From NCBI GenBank assembly GCA_025558095.1, contig JAIVFI010000027.1, positions 310,001 to 374,000 of the forward strand: a DNA stretch of 64,000 nucleotides, given 5' to 3'. Positions 58,978-64,000 of the stretch are shown here, in pieces. This DNA is from Hyaloraphidium curvatum SAG 235-1. Its lineage: Eukaryota > Fungi > Monoblepharomycota. Numbering within the stretch: the stretch's first letter is position 1; each line of letters begins with the position of its first letter. The position numbers were made by a program, and so were the translations under genes. The notes under the pieces are model-generated. The model had not been told where the DNA came from. It did not search any database and was given only the letters and a program-made list of their open reading frames with translations.

Positions 58978-59840
58978 ATGTCCGAAGAGTACGGGCGGTG
59001 CGTCCTCTTCGCGCCTCTCTGCTCCCCACGAGCTCATTTGCCCGGCAGCCGGCTCGCTTCGCTCGGCCTCGACCCCGCGCGAACCGCAGGCATTACACCC
59101 GCTCAGGTTGCCTCAATGCTCGGCCTTCATTCTACCGACAGCATCGACGAAGTGCTCTCGGAGATGGAGCGGGCGTCGCCGGGGGAGGTGACCGCGGCCT
59201 CTGTGCGAGCGGGCAAAACGCTCGACGTGCTGGTCGCATGGCACTTGGGGAGCGTGCTGCGAAAAGAGGTCGATGTGCTGCCTCCGGAGCTAGCGGAGGC
59301 GGTGAGGAGGAAGCTGGATGCCGAAACGCAGGGGGTGGAGGAGATGGCGCGGCGCTTGAACGGAGAGCTGCAGAGGGCGAGGGCTCTGGGGGCCGAGGCC
59401 CGTGCTGATCTCCTTACCCTGCAGGAAAAGGTACGAGACCTGTGCCTCGCATCGCTGCCGACCTCTGACTTCGGTGCAGCTAGCGAAACTGGACCGAAGC
59501 GACCCCATGGAAGCGGCAGAGCGTTTCGCCAGGACCGTGGACGCCGTGTCCCGCGAATGCTCACAGTTCCTCGCTGCCTGGCCGCAACACGCGGATGCTT
59601 TCGCGGAAAAGGCGCCGGTGCGGCCACATCCGGAAATCAGCAAGGTGGTGGCCTCCGTCGCGAAGAAGCAGGCCGTCTTTCGGCAGGTTGGTTCCTCTGC
59701 AGTTCGACAGCTTGCCCGGCTCACTTCCCTCTTGCCAGGCGGCATCGCTGGCGCACGAGGCAAAGGCGGCGGAGGACGAATACCTCTCGCAGTTGCCGGC
59801 AAAGGCAGCGGCGATCCACGCGAAGCTGGCAACCATGTAG
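58978..59840 (+). CDS. Hypothetical coiled-coil protein, multi-exon
   Basis: Spliceable exons with helical heptad character. No confident family. Confidence 0.55.
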
Positions 59841-59908
59841 CGGCCCGTTTCCCGTTTCATCTTCCTCCAGCTGCAATACACCAGTCCCGCCTACCACTAG
59901 CATACGCC

Positions 59909-61596
59909 TTAATCCGAAAAGTGCGGGAACTTGTCCCACTGTATGTCGATAAAGGTCAAGTTCAGGTCGTCGACGGTCATCGGCCGCTTCATCAGCGCCT
60001 CGACCTCCTTCGCGTCCGCGCCGTCTGCGGCAGCCATTTCCATGTCCTCCGTTTTTGGTGCCTGCATCTGAGGCTGCGCCGCATACACCGGCGGCCTGTC
60101 GCCCCGAGCGCGCATCTGCGTCGGCGGCGGGGCCGAGTCTCCGGAATCGAAGTTGAAACACAAGCACGCCGTCCGCTTGTTCGACGGCGGTGCGGGCTTG
60201 TGGTCCACCACGGGCGGCTTCTCCAAGCTCGCCCACCTCTGGGCGATCATCGACTGCCAGCTCTGCATCGTCTTGCCCCGCAACAGGGCAACGATGATCA
60301 CGGTCATGTTGTCACAGCCGGCACCGCCGCCGTGCGTCAGCTCGTAAACAGCGGGGTTGACCGCTATGCAGCGGTCCAGGAGTTTTTCGGAGACGTCCTG
60401 GATGGACACCCCCTGCGCAAGGTGGTACCTCACGAACGTCACGGCGGCCTGCGAGGTCAGCACATCCCAGATGCCTGTTCCGCTGCCGGTGAGATCCAAG
60501 GCGGAAAGTCCTCGTAGCGAACCCACCATCCGTAGCGAGAATGAGGAATTCGTCATCCTCGGTTACCGTCCGCTCCCAAACGTCCGGCCGTGCAGTGACC
60601 ACCTGGTCGTCTATCGTCGTACTTTTGTTCGACTTGAAGTCGAAATCTCCGAACGAACGCGATGTTGCTAGGCGACCTGTAATCACGACATAGTCTGATC
60701 AAAAGAACGTCCCGGGCTCGCCGAGTCCGGGACATACCGTTCACGCGGCCGTCCGAGACGTGGCCTCCAGCCTTCATGATCCGGGCCTCCTCCTCTGAAA
60801 AAGAGAGTCGTTGTCAATGGCAGGTCCAAAGACTGCAACGGGCGGTCCGAGTATTACCAGGGTACTCGGGTTTGTGGTCGTAGCTCATCGGAATGGCCTT
60901 GCCGTTCGAGCCAAGGACACACCGCGAGTCGCCGGCGCTGGCGCAGTACAGCTTGAACTCGTTGGTCACAAGCAGCAGCACGCCCGTGCTGCCGACGTAG
61001 TCCTGCCCCTTGAGCGTCGTTTGGTAGGCTGCGGCAACGTCAACGGTGAGGTGGCCGCCCATCGTAGCCCGGCAGGGTAGGCGCCCACCCTGCAGCAGCT
61101 CCGCATCCAGACTGATGAAGCCGCGCCGCAGCGCCTCCGGGAAATTGCGCTCGCGGAAAGCGTCCTCGCCGGCCACCTTCCAGTGCAGCCTCCGGGACAC
61201 AAAGTGCGCCACGCGGTTGCCACGGTGGCCATCGTACACGCCAAAGAACGAGTAGCGCTCGGCCTGCGGGAACAGCTCGCCCGCAAAGGTGTAGGGCGAC
61301 GGGTGCACGGTGGGCGCGCCGGCGCCGGGCCGCGTCGACTTGTTGGTGTTCCCGCTCGACGCGGAGAAGTGCACGCCGCGCGGCTCGCCGTCGCCCGCCG
61401 TGCCGTCGATGATGCACACGTACGGGTGCGGGCAGAAGTGCGAGTGCGTCGTGTTCGGCAGCGCGGGGATCGCGGCGTGGAAGTCCTCCATGTACGGCCG
61501 CCAGCCCTGCAGGCACGACGACGCGAAAGCGAGCCGGTCATCGGCCGCGTGCGTCGTGTACTTGATGCTCTCGGGCTTCGATTCGGCGTTGCCCAT
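59909..61596 (-). CDS. Protein phosphatase 2C (PTC2/PTC3-like)
   Basis: MG myristoylation start, QGWRPYMED, FFGVYDGH, AGDSR, DHKP, SRSFGDFDFK, DEFLILATDGIWD, GCDNMT. Confidence 0.95.
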
Positions 61597-61774
61597 GGCG
61601 GAGAAGTGGAGTGGGGGACGGTTTTACAGCCGTTCGGCCGGGTGCCGACGGACTTCATCACCCGGACCGAATGACTCAAGAGCTCGATGAACATTCGGCA
61701 CCACCGGCCCTGCTTCAATCAGGAAACATGTCTTCGCGCTTTGATCGGCATACAGTGGCCGACGGAGGCGGTCG

Positions 61775-62416
61775 TCACTGGGAATCACCCCAGCCCCATA
61801 TCGCCTCGCCTGTCACCGCGTCCACGATCCGCACCTCGACGATGTGCACCTCGGCACACGCTGCCTTGCACGTAGCACGCACGTAGCAGGTCGCCACGGG
61901 CTCCTTGCGCCGGCCGGACTCGCCCAGCGCCTTTTCTTCCGCGTCCGACATCCGCTCGAAGATCGGCACCCGTATCCACGCCCCCTGGGGCCACAGCAGC
62001 GAAATCGGCCCCGTTTCCTCGTAAAAGTAGTCCATCTGCCGCGTGAAGGTTGCCGGGAGCTCCCAGTTGGGAAAGTCACGCGCGAAAGGCTCCTGAATCT
62101 GCTTCAGCATGAGCAGCGCGGGAATCGGGATCGCACCCTTCCGGGGGGTAAAGAGCGACGTCGAGAAGTCCTTTTGCTTGGCCGGCGCGCACGCAACGCG
62201 ATGAGGGCCTTCCAACGCCGTGGAAGCGGCGAACGCAAAGGCGGCACCGGCTGCGAAGGGGGCCCAACGCGGGCCCCGTGGAGCCCAGGCAACTCCTCCT
62301 GCCCTGGGGCGAGCATTGAAGCCGATCGCTCTTCGCGATGGCGCAAGCTTGCGCGCCCTGAGGTGCCCGAAAGGCCGGGAAAACGTGTTCATTTGGCGAC
62401 GTTCGACGGACAACAA
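61775..62416 (-). CDS. Hypothetical protein with mitochondrial-presequence-like N-terminus
   Basis: 213-aa ORF with an Arg-rich N-terminus and an Ala-rich TM-like segment. Confidence 0.5.
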   Translation of the reverse strand: MLSVERRQMNTFSRPFGHLRARKLAPSRRAIGFNARPRAGGVAWAPRGPRWAPFAAGAAFAFAASTALEGPHRVACAPAKQKDFSTSLFTPRKGAIPIPALLMLKQIQEPFARDFPNWELPATFTRQMDYFYEETGPISLLWPQGAWIRVPIFERMSDAEEKALGESGRRKEPVATCYVRATCKAACAEVHIVEVRIVDAVTGEAIWGWGDSQ

Positions 62417-62584
62417 GCGACACGGACGTGTTTCACGGCACAGCAGGCTTTATGGGGAAACACACCGGGCCAGAGATTTCTATCTTCGTGTCTCGTCCAC
62501 GAACCACCGCCCGGCTCGCTTGGCAGCAACTGAGCCGACAGACCGACGATTGGGACGCCTCCTGCCCAGAGCTCCCCATCTCGC

Positions 62585-64000
<1,416 letters not shown>

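Overview
GC-rich, intron-rich eukaryotic nuclear DNA with many ~50-60 nt GT-AG introns. The gene set suggests an early-diverging, chytrid-grade fungus (inference). Housekeeping genes include Pol alpha subunit B, ASA1-like WD40, M14 carboxypeptidase, ceramidase-like, two SDR paralogs, 3-ketoacyl reductase, ISA1, PP2C, RPT4, tRNA-Pro and tRNA-Gly. They are interleaved with accessory islands. Main observations: (1) A ~10.4 kb block (~7100-17472) splits a PTS2-bearing carboxyltransferase gene. It carries an intronless TET/JBP dioxygenase and an apparently intact 8-exon, ~902 aa gene whose first exon is a splicing-dead intein with both LAGLIDADG motifs, an HO/WHO-like configuration. (2) Two paralogous 7TM-ion-channel (Gr/Or/DUF3537-like) membrane genes, plus a 510 bp TIR element that has captured the 5' end of a family member. 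(3) A 30-52.7 kb island with a duplicated tRNA-Gly/tRNA-Pro unit, two IS630/Tc1 remnants (one DD57E), a repeat-borne Cys-rich gene with an internal LRLRGG motif, and decayed virus-like genes. All homology calls come from motif recognition by eye; no searches were run.
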